Positions 1 to 9,930 of a stretch of DNA of 64,000 nucleotides are shown here, piece by piece; positions within the stretch are counted from its first letter, which is position 1, and each line of letters opens with the position of its first letter. The stretch lies in contig CAZNOF010000001.1 of assembly GCA_964574595.1 (NCBI GenBank), positions 142,721 through 206,720 on the forward strand. Reading direction: 5' to 3'. Below the pieces are notes generated by a model. The model searched no databases, was not told where the DNA came from, and worked only from the letters and a program-made list of their open reading frames with translations. Made by a program: the position numbers and the translations under genes. The DNA is from an uncultured Pseudomonadales bacterium. Lineage in GTDB: Bacteria; Patescibacteriota; Microgenomatia; UBA1400; PJMF01.

Positions 1-946
1 TGCCTTTGACAAAACACGCACGCTCACTAAAGGGGAGCCTGTTGTTTCAGACGTTATCCCTTTGAATGGGTACTCTAAAGAAGAGTTGCTCGCTTGTGTG
101 GCTGGCGCTGAAGCTTTTTCCGAACACCCAATAGCCAAAAGCATTATAGAAAGTTCAAAGAAGTTTCCGGAAAAAGACCATGAGTATAAGAATTTTAAAG
201 CGATCATGGGTAAAGGCATCAGTGGCGAATGTTTAGTCTGTGTCGATAAACACCACTGCATTGGCACACTCCAGTTTGTCATGGAAGAACATGCTGTTGA
301 TAAACATGTCGTCGACATCGTTGAGAGATTTGAAAAAGAGGGAAAAACAGCAATCGTTATCAGCGATGATAAGAAGGTAAAAGGTGTAGTAGGAGTTATG
401 GATGAGGTTCGACCCGACAGCAAGCTGGCTGTCCATAGACTCCATCAATTGGGCATAAAAACCGTGATGCTGACTGGAGACAATACCTCGGCAGCTTCCT
501 ACGTCGCCAAAGATATTAGTATCGACGAAGTACATGCCAAACTGTTGCCCGATGAAAAAGTCATCCAGTTATCAAATTTGATGAAGACATATACGCATGT
601 TGCCATGGTTGGTGACGGAGTTAATGACGCTCCGTCCCTAAGTGCCTCGTCGGTGGGAATTGCTATGGGAGCCATAGGTTCAGAGGTGGCCGTGGAAAAC
701 GCCGATATCTCTCTCATGAACAACAATCTAGGACTTATCCCATTTCTCGTATCATTGGGGCGCACAACAAGCACAACGATTAAGATAAATGTGATTGGCA
801 CAATAGGAGTTAAAGTGATTTTTCTCGCACTCGCTGTACTAGGGAAAAGTAACCTAGCCCTGGCAATTTTTGCTGATGTGGGTATGACAATCTTAGTGGT
901 TGCAAATGGGTTAAAACTCTTCGCTTTTGAGGCAGATCGAAAATAA
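1..946 (+). CDS. Heavy-metal translocating P-type ATPase, C-terminal part (5' end lies outside window)
   Basis: The reading frame is open from nt 2 (AFDKTRTLTKGEP = DKTGT phosphorylation motif). The HAD-domain hinge motif MVGDGVNDAPSL is present, followed by C-terminal TM helices. The ORF-track start at 62 (TTG) is internal. Confidence 0.85.
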   Translation, partial: AFDKTRTLTKGEPVVSDVIPLNGYSKEELLACVAGAEAFSEHPIAKSIIESSKKFPEKDHEYKNFKAIMGKGISGECLVCVDKHHCIGTLQFVMEEHAVDKHVVDIVERFEKEGKTAIVISDDKKVKGVVGVMDEVRPDSKLAVHRLHQLGIKTVMLTGDNTSAASYVAKDISIDEVHAKLLPDEKVIQLSNLMKTYTHVAMVGDGVNDAPSLSASSVGIAMGAIGSEVAVENADISLMNNNLGLIPFLVSLGRTTSTTIKINVIGTIGVKVIFLALAVLGKSNLALAIFADVGMTILVVANGLKLFAFEADRK

Positions 947-990
947 GCAGCTTGCCTTCAGTTTATCTCATCTGAGTATCTGAGTAACTC

Positions 991-1215
991 TTAATGGTTG
1001 TTCCCTCCACTTCTCATCATCCACACGTGCATCAGTGGACACGCAAGAAGAATCCCCGTATACACTACGGTATTTACAGGAACTTTAAAAACAGTTATTG
1101 CTAACAGTGCGAGAACAACCAAACCGACACAAAGCCCAAGCCATTTGAGTGATGATCCTTGAGGTTTCGCAGCGGGGAGTCTGTCCGTATGATCGTTGTG
1201 ATGTTCCATATGCAA
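991..1215 (-). CDS. Small His-rich membrane protein, DUF2933-like (MHMEHH... CPLMHVWMM)
   Basis: 74 aa with one TM helix, an N-terminal His cluster and a C-terminal CPLMHxxMM motif. This family typically neighbours metal P-type ATPases. It lies downstream of the TCS on the same strand. Confidence 0.55.
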   Translation of the reverse strand: MHMEHHNDHTDRLPAAKPQGSSLKWLGLCVGLVVLALLAITVFKVPVNTVVYTGILLACPLMHVWMMRSGGNNH

Positions 1216-1232
1216 CCTCCTTTGTATACTTA

Positions 1233-1244
1233 ACTGACGTCAGT
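1233..1244. promoter_or_regulatory. Perfect 12-bp palindrome ACTGACGTCAGT between the HK stop and the DUF2933-like start (possible operator)
   Basis: Read directly from the sequence (ACTGAC|GTCAGT). It sits about 18 nt upstream of the minus-strand small gene start and has no loop, so it fits a protein-binding site better than a terminator. Confidence 0.3.
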
Positions 1245-1270
1245 ATAGAAAACAGGAGATGAGGAAATCG

Positions 1271-2686
1271 TTAGGAAGAGATGACTTGTTGATACAACGG
1301 AAACGTGACGAGCATTGTCGTTCCTTTGCCAACTTTACTTTTGACTTGAATATTTCCACGATGTGCGGTGATAATACCTTGCGTAATCGCCAGTCCCAGT
1401 CCGGATCCAAGACTCTTTGTTGCTTTTGAGCCTCTGTAAAAGCGCTTGAAGATATGTTCCACTTCATCTTCAGGAATCCCGATCCCTGTATCTTTCACCT
1501 CAATGACGGCATTTCCTGCCCTCTCGCGAAGTGACAACGACACAGATCCGCCAACAGGTGTGTACTTTATTGCATTATCGAGCAGATTAAGCACCGCTCT
1601 CGCAATCTTATCCTCTGCGCCACTGATCAGAATGCCTGACTTAATATCACTTGTAAAGGTAATATGCTTTTGAGTCGATAGTTTCTGGGCAATCTCCTGC
1701 AGTTCCATAAGCGCCGAAGAGAGGTCAACCGATGCATCACTTAAATTCGGAGTTTGAGCACCAATCCAAGCAAGGTCCAAAATGTTCTTAATTGTTGATG
1801 ATATCCGATTGGTATCTATCAGTGTTTCTTCAAGTGCTTTTTTGTATTCATCTTTTGTCCTCTCCTTGGACATGGTGACTTCAATCCCACCTTTGAGCGT
1901 CGCTACTGGTGTTTTCAATTCATGAGCCACATCACCGATAAATTGGCGTTCACGAATGAATGCTTGATCCAAATGATCAAGGAGGCCGTTAAACGTCTGC
2001 GAGAGTTCCTCAATCTCGTCGCCCGTTTTAGGGTCAGGGACACGATCTTTCAAATTCTGCGCACTGATTTTTTTAAGTTGTTTTGAAACTTGAGCGATTG
2101 GGAGAAGTGCTGTTCGAGCGGCGAGAATTCCACCCAAAACAGCTAAAATAAGTAATCCGACGTATACCATCATCAAGGTGAGAGTTAATGTATTTAACGA
2201 TTCTTTGATCACATCCATGGGTTGTCCCATTAATACTACTGCTTGGAGCTTGCCGTCGCGCTCTGCGGGGAATACCCCAAATCGTATCGATGTTGCCCCA
2301 ACCGAGCGGTTGACAAAAGTTGGTCGAATAATGCTTGCCGACTTTTCAAGCAGATCAGTCACTGAAGCGTCATTGACTCCAAGTTCTTGAGATTGATAGA
2401 GAATCTTTCCATATGGATCTCCGATAATCAAAAGCATTCCCGGCATTTCACTAAATTGCTGTGCCAGGACATCACTATTTTTGATAAAGGACTGGTTCAT
2501 TCCCGTGTCTGTTTGTGCTATGAGCTCTACAATCTTTTGCGTGTGCGCGGTAATGGTGGTATCCGTGTGAGACAGGAGTGACTGTTGGGTAAGTAGATAA
2601 AAGGCAAAAAAGACCACAGCCATCGCCACAGAAAAGATGAGGGTGTACCACACCGTTAATCGAAATCGGATGCTTTTAATATTCAT
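1271..2686 (-). CDS. Sensor histidine kinase (2 TM helices, HAMP, HisKA, HATPase_c)
   Basis: Contains the H-box HELKTPV, N-box LLDNAIKYT, G1 DTGIGIP and G2 GSGLGLAI. The N-terminus carries TM helices flanking a periplasmic loop. Confidence 0.9.
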   Translation of the reverse strand: MNIKSIRFRLTVWYTLIFSVAMAVVFFAFYLLTQQSLLSHTDTTITAHTQKIVELIAQTDTGMNQSFIKNSDVLAQQFSEMPGMLLIIGDPYGKILYQSQELGVNDASVTDLLEKSASIIRPTFVNRSVGATSIRFGVFPAERDGKLQAVVLMGQPMDVIKESLNTLTLTLMMVYVGLLILAVLGGILAARTALLPIAQVSKQLKKISAQNLKDRVPDPKTGDEIEELSQTFNGLLDHLDQAFIRERQFIGDVAHELKTPVATLKGGIEVTMSKERTKDEYKKALEETLIDTNRISSTIKNILDLAWIGAQTPNLSDASVDLSSALMELQEIAQKLSTQKHITFTSDIKSGILISGAEDKIARAVLNLLDNAIKYTPVGGSVSLSLRERAGNAVIEVKDTGIGIPEDEVEHIFKRFYRGSKATKSLGSGLGLAITQGIITAHRGNIQVKSKVGKGTTMLVTFPLYQQVISS

Positions 2687-2691
2687 AAGAC

Positions 2692-3360
2692 CTAGTCGCC
2701 AATCCTATAGCCGACACCATGAACCGTTTGAATCAGCTTCTTTTTCGCACCCGAATCAATTTTCTTCCGGAGAGCGACGACAAACACGTCCACGACATTA
2801 CTCATCCCATCAAAATTATAGTCCCAGACGTGTTCAATGATCATGGTTCGACTGACAACTTCTCCTTTGTGACGAAGTAATAGCTCCAGAATAGCAAATT
2901 CTTTGGGGGTAAGGTTGATCGCTTTCTCACCACGTTTGACAACGTGTTTTAAGGGATCTACTTCCAGATCTTCCATATGTAAAATTGGTGAGGTTTCCTG
3001 ATGGCTCCGGCGAATGAGTGCGTGCACCCTAGAGCGAAACTCAACAAAGGAGAATGGTTTAGTAATATAGTCATCTGCTCCACTATCCAAACCAGCCACT
3101 TTATCTTCAGTGGTCGATTTGGCCGTGAGCATCAGAATTGGAGTTTTAATGTTCTTTTTTCGGAGTTCGCGACAGAGTTGAAGCCCGTCGACTTTGGGAA
3201 GCATGATGTCCAGCACAATCAAATCGTACTGCTCGTCTTCAGCTAACTCTTGACCTTCTTCACCATCGTAGGCTTGATCAACGGCGAAACCGTCCTCCAC
3301 AAAACCTTTTTTAATGATGTTGGACAATCGACGTTCGTCCTCAACAATTAGAATTCTCAT
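2692..3360 (-). CDS. OmpR-family response regulator (receiver + winged helix)
   Basis: Starts MRILIVEDE and has D..LDIMLP and LMLTAK receiver motifs plus a C-terminal winged-helix motif (GVGYR). The start was moved to the ATG at 3360; the track gives a GTG at 3366. Confidence 0.9.
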   Translation of the reverse strand: MRILIVEDERRLSNIIKKGFVEDGFAVDQAYDGEEGQELAEDEQYDLIVLDIMLPKVDGLQLCRELRKKNIKTPILMLTAKSTTEDKVAGLDSGADDYITKPFSFVEFRSRVHALIRRSHQETSPILHMEDLEVDPLKHVVKRGEKAINLTPKEFAILELLLRHKGEVVSRTMIIEHVWDYNFDGMSNVVDVFVVALRKKIDSGAKKKLIQTVHGVGYRIGD

Positions 3361-3499
3361 AGACACAGTATATTATAAAATCATGAGGAAAACATGAGCA
3401 TGCAAAGACCGGATTAGTCAAGTTAATTATAATCTTTTGCGAGAACACGCTCATGGTCATCCAGTTTCCCTCTGCAGTGACCGAGAGCAGTATCTCCGA

Positions 3500-3697
3500 T
3501 TAATGAATATGCCCTGACTTCTTCTTCCCCGAATGATCTCCATGATCCATAAACAAAAACATTAAAGGACAGAGTAGTAACAGTGGAAAGAAGAACGATC
3601 CAACTCCAAAAGTGGACATGTGCATAAACGTCACCAAAACACTATATAGTGTGACCATTCCTACGGCGTACAAGAGAATTTTTCCAAACGTTTTCAT
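3500..3697 (-). CDS. Second small His-rich membrane protein, DUF2933-like (CPLMFLFMDHGDH)
   Basis: 65 aa with one TM helix, the same CPLM..FM motif and a His-rich tail. It heads the minus-strand transcription unit that contains the TCS. Confidence 0.5.
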   Translation of the reverse strand: MKTFGKILLYAVGMVTLYSVLVTFMHMSTFGVGSFFFPLLLLCPLMFLFMDHGDHSGKKKSGHIH

Positions 3698-3828
3698 ATT
3701 CTTTCACCTCCTTTCAGACCAATAATATCAATTAAGGTATGAGGATTTTGTGAATATTTCATTAGTTTTTAAAACGATTTCAATGGACATTGATATCGTA
3801 CTACATTCTGTAGTACCTTATACCTCTA

Positions 3829-5001
3829 ATGGCTTTTCATTATCGTTCGTTCCTCTCTATTATTCTTATCTTTTTTTTGATGGTGGGTTTTAGCACACTT
3901 GGCTCAAGAACCGTTTTGGCTCAAGAAAAAAATTTAGACTCCTTAAAACAGAAAATTGAAGAACTTAAACGCAAGGTCACTCAAACTCAGGGAGAATCGA
4001 AGACACTGGCATCTGCTCTTACATACCTAACCAACAAAGAAGCTCAGACACAAAAACAAATCGAAAACACCGAATCTGAGATCGCGAGCCTTGAGCAAGA
4101 TGTGGATTCACTTTCAAAATCGATTGTTAAACTTGAATCTTCTCTGAATATTTTGTCCAAACAACTGGTTGCGAGCATTCAAAGATCATACAGGGCTGCA
4201 AAGATTGAGCCCTATCTTGCGCTTCTGGACTCTGATACGTTCTCCGATTTGCTTAAGAAATACAAGTATATTGAAGCCTTTCGAGCGGATACTCAGCAGC
4301 TGATGTTTAAAAGTGAACGTCAAAAACAGGAATACGAGACGCAACGCTCTCAACTTGAGACAAAGCAAGCCCAGGTCAAAAATTTACAGGAACAACTGCA
4401 AAAAACAAAAGAAATGCTTGCTCAACAACAAAAAGATAAAGCCAAATTACTTGAAATTAGCAAAAACAACGAACAGGCATACCAACAAGAGCTCCAAAGA
4501 GCTTTGATAGAGTATGACGCAATTCAACAAGCCATTTCCAGCACAGGCAATGACATGAAAGTTGGAGAAGTGAAACGAGGAGAAAAAATAGCCTCCATTA
4601 TCCCGGGTCCTTCTACATGTTCGACTGGAGGACATCTTCATTTCGAGGTTGTAAAACAAAAGCAAACTGTAAACCCAGCGGGGGTTTTAAAACAAGTTGA
4701 TATTCAGTGGGCAGACGAAAGTTTTTCTTTCTCAGGTAACTGGGATTGGCCTCTAAACAACCCAGCCAAGGTCATGCAAGGATATGGGATGACAAGTTTC
4801 GCTCGAAGTGGATTTTATGGAGGAAGACCACACACAGGCATAGACATCAAAAGTAAGTCTCCAAGTGATTGGTCGGTTTTGGCAGTGGAAAAAGGAACAC
4901 TTTATCGAGGTTCTGTTAAATGCGGAAAAGGTAATTTACAGTACGTACGAGTTGATCATCTCGACAATGTCTCCTCGTATTATTTGCACATTAATTATTA
5001 G
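3829..5001 (+). CDS. Coiled-coil M23/LytM peptidase (EnvC-like murein hydrolase activator)
   Basis: Signal/TM N-terminus, a long Q/E/K-rich coiled coil, and a C-terminal M23 domain (HTGIDI; no HxH second motif found). A second HLHF occurs mid-protein. Confidence 0.75.
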   Translation: MAFHYRSFLSIILIFFLMVGFSTLGSRTVLAQEKNLDSLKQKIEELKRKVTQTQGESKTLASALTYLTNKEAQTQKQIENTESEIASLEQDVDSLSKSIVKLESSLNILSKQLVASIQRSYRAAKIEPYLALLDSDTFSDLLKKYKYIEAFRADTQQLMFKSERQKQEYETQRSQLETKQAQVKNLQEQLQKTKEMLAQQQKDKAKLLEISKNNEQAYQQELQRALIEYDAIQQAISSTGNDMKVGEVKRGEKIASIIPGPSTCSTGGHLHFEVVKQKQTVNPAGVLKQVDIQWADESFSFSGNWDWPLNNPAKVMQGYGMTSFARSGFYGGRPHTGIDIKSKSPSDWSVLAVEKGTLYRGSVKCGKGNLQYVRVDHLDNVSSYYLHINY

Positions 5002-5008
5002 AGTAGTC

Positions 5009-5542
5009 TCATCGCTTATCGCTTCGTATAAAAGTTATGTGCTCCTCTGCGTGGGAATTAAAGTGATCGGCAGTTCCACTAATCATCTGCTCCACACACC
5101 ACTTGGCATATAACCCAGATAAAAGCTGACCCAACCACGCATTCGTCAAAGGAAGTTCGTAATCGATGGACACAGACAGCAGAGAGTTTTCCTCTTCTGG
5201 TGTTATCTCAACTGTCATCTGATATTGCCCAATAATGAGGAGTTTTGGAATGCCGACAGTTTCCCATACTTTGAGCGTCGGTGGTTCCCGCTTTGTGACT
5301 ACTTCATCTAAAAAGATACGTATGCCAAAGACAATTCCATCCATCTTGATGTGTGATCCAACCGCTTGGCCTTTTTTTTCATCGACAACGGTACTCATCT
5401 TCCCACCTCCAAGCATCAATGACGACTCGTTCATGTGCGAGGAAAACTTGCTCGGGTCATCAATGTATGAAAACACGTCAGTTGGTGAGGCGTGTATGAC
5501 CTTATTTTCACCATAGTGATGAAGGGATTCTGAGGTGTTCAT
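5009..5542 (-). CDS. SRPBCC (polyketide-cyclase/AHSA1-like) protein
   Basis: 177 aa lying downstream of ArsR, which is the classic ArsR–SRPBCC pairing. The fold call is based on context and composition. Confidence 0.4.
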   Translation of the reverse strand: MNTSESLHHYGENKVIHASPTDVFSYIDDPSKFSSHMNESSLMLGGGKMSTVVDEKKGQAVGSHIKMDGIVFGIRIFLDEVVTKREPPTLKVWETVGIPKLLIIGQYQMTVEITPEEENSLLSVSIDYELPLTNAWLGQLLSGLYAKWCVEQMISGTADHFNSHAEEHITFIRSDKR

Positions 5543-5543
5543 A

Positions 5544-5849
5544 TTATTTTTGGTGCGTTCTGATGTTGAGTACCATCATAGCAGTATCGTGGATCAGTTG
5601 TGGTGAACGAACGTGATAAAACTTTTTTTGACCTACCTTTTTTACTGCTACGATATTCGCTTTTCGCAGTACCATGAGGTGTTGCGAAATATTTGCTTGC
5701 GGGAGATGGGTTTTTTGGATAATCTCTCCAACACATAATGGATGGTCTCGTAATGCGTCGAGAATTTCCAATCGTTTCGGATTGGCCAATGCCTTAAAAA
5801 AAGCTGCTTCCTGTTCAATGACATCCATAATTCTCTCTAAATTCCACAA
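5544..5849 (-). CDS. ArsR/SmtB-family transcriptional regulator
   Basis: Has the LANPKRLEILDAL...CVGEI helix-turn-helix motif and is about 100 aa long. Confidence 0.8.
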   Translation of the reverse strand: MWNLERIMDVIEQEAAFFKALANPKRLEILDALRDHPLCVGEIIQKTHLPQANISQHLMVLRKANIVAVKKVGQKKFYHVRSPQLIHDTAMMVLNIRTHQK

Positions 5850-6775
5850 CCTCCACCTTGTTTTGGAGGCTGTTGTACCAGACCTTTTTCAATCAGCCAC
5901 TGTTTGACACTTTGCGCCCCAGAAGCCGATGAATACTCTTTACTCAATAGCGTTTTTGCATCAATATCTTGATATGATTGTCCCTCTTTATTCTTAAAGT
6001 ATAATGCAAGATCGTAATAGTTTCCTGGGAACCAATAGGCATTAAAGTACTTTCCAGCGTCATACATCTGCTTCTCACTGGCTCCACTACTGGCCATGAG
6101 TTGAAGGACTCCTAGGAGTGCCATCCCATGATTGCAGTCTGGGAAAGCCGTGGAGTTATTGCAACATGGTCTATAGATGTTTGAGGCAACGAGAGCCACT
6201 CTGTCTTCTTGTTCCTTTGTCATTGGAATCAGTGTCGATTTCGAGTAGTAATTCATCGCATCAGTTTTGGCGAGTGTCCACCCTCCAGTAGAGGCAAAAT
6301 TGCCCGCTCCTTGCTTCCCACCATACTTCATCATGTCACCATCAGTAAGGATGGTTGACTTGTTTGCCAGTCCAACCGCCCAAAAGTAGTTTAATAAGAA
6401 ATATGAATTCTCCCGAGTAATCTTGATCTTCTGCGTCGATCCTTTTAATAGAATATCCTCTTGTTCAGGGCTCAACGATTGGCCCGATTTTTCATACACA
6501 CTCCTGAATTTATCTGCATCGATGACTCCCATTGCCACCATTTTTGGTCCCAAATTCCCGTACGATGCTTCAATTTCAAATCCGGAAACGGGGTTCACTT
6601 CATCAAACACATTATCCTGGCTGGTAGGCGACGCCTGAATGAGTGGAGACTTTATCGGAGACACTAATCTCCCCGCTCGTAATTTCGCAACTTGTGGGGA
6701 GAGATACAGTCCCACCAGCACAGCGTTGATAGCCACACTCATAAGGAGGATAGAAAAGAGTTTGTTATTTTTCAT
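5837..6775 (-). CDS. Membrane-anchored secreted Cys-rich protein of unknown function
   Basis: N-terminal TM helix, a PCCNNSTAFPDCNHGM cluster and a C-terminal GGGCGI. The start was moved to the ATG at 6775, which has a GAGG spaced about 10 nt upstream. Confidence 0.5.
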   Translation of the reverse strand: MKNNKLFSILLMSVAINAVLVGLYLSPQVAKLRAGRLVSPIKSPLIQASPTSQDNVFDEVNPVSGFEIEASYGNLGPKMVAMGVIDADKFRSVYEKSGQSLSPEQEDILLKGSTQKIKITRENSYFLLNYFWAVGLANKSTILTDGDMMKYGGKQGAGNFASTGGWTLAKTDAMNYYSKSTLIPMTKEQEDRVALVASNIYRPCCNNSTAFPDCNHGMALLGVLQLMASSGASEKQMYDAGKYFNAYWFPGNYYDLALYFKNKEGQSYQDIDAKTLLSKEYSSASGAQSVKQWLIEKGLVQQPPKQGGGCGI

Positions 6776-7586
6776 AGCTTGCATGCCTCAATAACTTATA
6801 GAACACGAAGAGAATCACTCCAAACACAAGTAAGTCTACGATTGGGTTTTGGAAATACTTTGCTACCTCAAACACAATCATGCGGATTTGCTGACCATAT
6901 CCTTCCATTTGATTCATCTGAATCTTTCCCATGTAATTAAAGATCGCGATCAGAATACCGGTCAAAAAGAAGATTGCCGCCCCCAGATACTTGAGAACTG
7001 AATAAATTTTCAATCGGTTTGGTCCGGCTAGCTTTACTGAAGCCTTCTCATAAAACATAGACATCACAAAGAGTGGCATCACAATTCCAACTACATATGA
7101 GAGCGACACGATGAGGGCTTGGAATAGCGATGGAGACAGAGAGGTTAACGTCACGGCTGCAAACAGGACTGGAGCGCAACATGCGGAGGTGAGCCCAGAC
7201 ATCAATCCCAAGCCGAACACACTTGCAGTACTGATTTTTTTGTTTTGTGGACCAGAGACGTGAAAGATCTGAGGCAGATGAAAGATTGGCTTTAATGTCA
7301 TGATTCCCATCAAGATCATGATGAACGCTCCAAGATAGTAGATTGGTGCATGATACGCATCTAAGAAAAAGATTGCAGATCTGATCCCTAGTGCAATGGG
7401 AACTAGCACAAACGCCAATCCAAGTGCAAAAATGAGCGTGTAATACATTACGCGTCCACGTTCCTTAAAAATAGTTCCTAAATATGAAGGGAACAAAAAA
7501 GTAATGCAACACGGTGCAAAGAGTGCAAGAACTCCTGCTAAGAAGGATGCCGTGAGTGATATGCCGAATAAGAAGTTTGTATCCAT
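6765..7586 (-). CDS. DsbD_2/CcdA-like polytopic membrane protein with two CC motifs
   Basis: At least six TM helices. FAPCC sits in the first helix and TSACCAP in a later helix, which is typical of transmembrane thiol-disulfide or metal-handling DsbD-like proteins. Confidence 0.5.
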   Translation of the reverse strand: MDTNFLFGISLTASFLAGVLALFAPCCITFLFPSYLGTIFKERGRVMYYTLIFALGLAFVLVPIALGIRSAIFFLDAYHAPIYYLGAFIMILMGIMTLKPIFHLPQIFHVSGPQNKKISTASVFGLGLMSGLTSACCAPVLFAAVTLTSLSPSLFQALIVSLSYVVGIVMPLFVMSMFYEKASVKLAGPNRLKIYSVLKYLGAAIFFLTGILIAIFNYMGKIQMNQMEGYGQQIRMIVFEVAKYFQNPIVDLLVFGVILFVFYKLLRHASYEK

Positions 7587-7587
7587 A

Positions 7588-8100
7588 TTACTGTACGTTC
7601 GCCTTGATGCTAAATATTATTTTTTGGTTTGCAGGATCATTCGTGGTTACATACACCTCTCTCGTGACAATTCCATACACTGGCATAGTTGCAGGTCGGT
7701 ACGTCAACCGCACAATCGCAGAATCTCCAGGAGCAATTTCCGTCACAAACCCGCTTTGGGAATGCATGCTATATTCCTTGCTCGTCGTCCCGTTATAGAT
7801 AATCTGTCCAGCCGTACACCCACAGCTTGAGTTCACATTGAGAATCTGCAAAGGCTTCGTTCCCACATTCTTCAAGGTAAAGTCTTGCAGTTTCACATCT
7901 GATACCTTGATGACTCCCATATCAAAGAATGTTTGGGTGGTCTCAGCTTTTGGACGCTCTGTATCTTGTGTTGAAAAGGCAGCCGCACCAGGTTGAGGCA
8001 TCTGGGTAGACGAGAACAAAAACGCCATTCCTACGACGGCAACAACAAATACTAGTAAACCGATGATGATAACTTTTGGTGACATGTACAAATCGTACAA
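7588..8100 (-). CDS. Secreted DUF1573-like protein (SCGCT motif)
   Basis: N-terminal TM/signal, a beta-rich domain and an NVNSSCGCTAG motif. It is tightly coupled to the DsbD_2-like gene (2-nt gap). Confidence 0.4.
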   Translation of the reverse strand: MYDLYMSPKVIIIGLLVFVVAVVGMAFLFSSTQMPQPGAAAFSTQDTERPKAETTQTFFDMGVIKVSDVKLQDFTLKNVGTKPLQILNVNSSCGCTAGQIIYNGTTSKEYSMHSQSGFVTEIAPGDSAIVRLTYRPATMPVYGIVTREVYVTTNDPANQKIIFSIKANVQ

Positions 8101-8242
8101 CCGCAGAGATTAAGATTTTGTGAAGAATTGTGCACGAATCCGATAAACCTAAAGCATGAAATGTCGTAATTGAAAATATATAATAATTTCCTATTTAACC
8201 AGTATTTCCCATCTTGTTCCCACTTCCGAGTATTACTATTGG

Positions 8243-8986
8243 GTGATGAATCACACAGCTATCATCGAAACGCATGGATTATCAAAAAAATACAAGGACT
8301 TTTCTGCATTGCTTGAACTTGACTTGAAAGTATTTAAGGGTGAGGTTTTTGGCTTTTTGGGACACAATGGAGCTGGAAAAACAACCACTGTCAGCATCCT
8401 GACGACGTTACTACAGCCAACTGGAGGTTCTGCAACAGTTTGCGGTTTCGATGTTGTTAACAAAAGCATTGAAGTGAGGAAGAATATTGGATATTTGCCA
8501 GAAAACGTGAAGTTTTATGATAATTTGACTGCATATGAAAACTTAGAATATCTGGCAAACCTCTCTGGTATCCGAAAGCCAAAGGAAAGAATAACTGACG
8601 TTTTAGAGTTTCTCGATTTTACGGGTATTGAGAAGAAAAAATTAGGAGAGTTTTCTAAAGGCATGCGACAACGTATAGGTATAGCTCAGGCTATATTACA
8701 CGAACCAAAAGTTTTGTTTCTCGATGAACCAACATCGGGACTTGATCCAATGGGTATTAAGAAGCTTCGAGAAACGATTATCAAACTCAACAAAGAAAAA
8801 GACATGACAATTTTCATGAATACGCACCTTCTCTCTGAGGTGGCAAAAACGTGTACGTCTATCGGAGTACTTAATCATGGGAAACTTATATATAAAGATA
8901 CATTAGAAAATACACTAAAACGATTTCGTGATGAAACATCTCTTGAAGAGATATATTTCTCTATGGAAGAAAAAAAAGCAGTATGA
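8243..8986 (+). CDS. ABC transporter ATP-binding protein
   Basis: Walker A GHNGAGKTT, signature FSKGMRQR, Walker B LFLDEPTSGLD, H-loop NTHLL. Confidence 0.9.
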   Translation: MMNHTAIIETHGLSKKYKDFSALLELDLKVFKGEVFGFLGHNGAGKTTTVSILTTLLQPTGGSATVCGFDVVNKSIEVRKNIGYLPENVKFYDNLTAYENLEYLANLSGIRKPKERITDVLEFLDFTGIEKKKLGEFSKGMRQRIGIAQAILHEPKVLFLDEPTSGLDPMGIKKLRETIIKLNKEKDMTIFMNTHLLSEVAKTCTSIGVLNHGKLIYKDTLENTLKRFRDETSLEEIYFSMEEKKAV

Positions 8987-9930
8987 ATGCCCTTTTGACA
9001 ATAGCGGCTTTGGAAGTTAAAACGCTGTTTAAAGAGCGAATATTCTTTCTTCTCCTTTCTGTTTTCGTCTGCATGACAGTAGTCTCCACGTTTATTGGTT
9101 GGTCCACACTTACCACTACACACGCCATTTATAACGCGTCTGTCATTTTTCTCCATCAACAGGGAGTTACACAAATTCCATTAAACCCTGTCTCATCATT
9201 TCCCGCGTTATCAAGTTTTAGAAATATTATCGTTTATATGTTCCTCATTGGCAGTTTGATGGCGATTGTTGTTGGAAATAGAAGTTTTATTCGAGAACGA
9301 AAGTCAGGGACATTACAACTTCTCTTGACGCGACCAATTTCACGATCGACGCTCCTTATTGGGAAGGTTTTTGGTCTTTGTTTTGCACTCTTAAGCATTA
9401 TCACCGTAACGGCAATTATCAGTATCGCAACTTCTTACATCTTGCCACTAAAACATCTAGACGTACAAGATATTACTCGATTGTCAGTATTTTATATTTA
9501 TTCGTTCTTTTATATCTTTCTCTTTTCCCTATTGGGACTTCTTTCTGCAATTATCGCCAGAAGTGAGTCTCTAGCATTATTTATCCCGGTCTGCATTTGG
9601 GTGGGAATTAGTTTTGTAATGCCAGAGTTAGTCTCGGGTCAGACGCCAACCGCATTACTGAATCCTGTGACTATATCAACTGTTGCTGCTCAGGGTAGTT
9701 TCTTTTCCATATCACAACAAATACTTACGCCCATCTCAATCGGCTGGCACTATACCTCATTAGGAAGCCAGTTATTAAATGCTACTGCAGATACACAATC
9801 TTTATTTTACATTTTACAGCTAAACAAAAACAATATTGTTCTCCTCATTATTTTACTTTTGAGCACATACTTACTCTGTTCTATGGCCATAGAAAAATTT
9901 AATGTTGTAAGTGATATGGTGGATGACTAA
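8983..9930 (+). CDS. ABC-2 family permease
   Basis: Six TM helices. Its start overlaps the ATPase stop (ATGA). Confidence 0.7.
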   Translation: MNALLTIAALEVKTLFKERIFFLLLSVFVCMTVVSTFIGWSTLTTTHAIYNASVIFLHQQGVTQIPLNPVSSFPALSSFRNIIVYMFLIGSLMAIVVGNRSFIRERKSGTLQLLLTRPISRSTLLIGKVFGLCFALLSIITVTAIISIATSYILPLKHLDVQDITRLSVFYIYSFFYIFLFSLLGLLSAIIARSESLALFIPVCIWVGISFVMPELVSGQTPTALLNPVTISTVAAQGSFFSISQQILTPISIGWHYTSLGSQLLNATADTQSLFYILQLNKNNIVLLIILLLSTYLLCSMAIEKFNVVSDMVDD

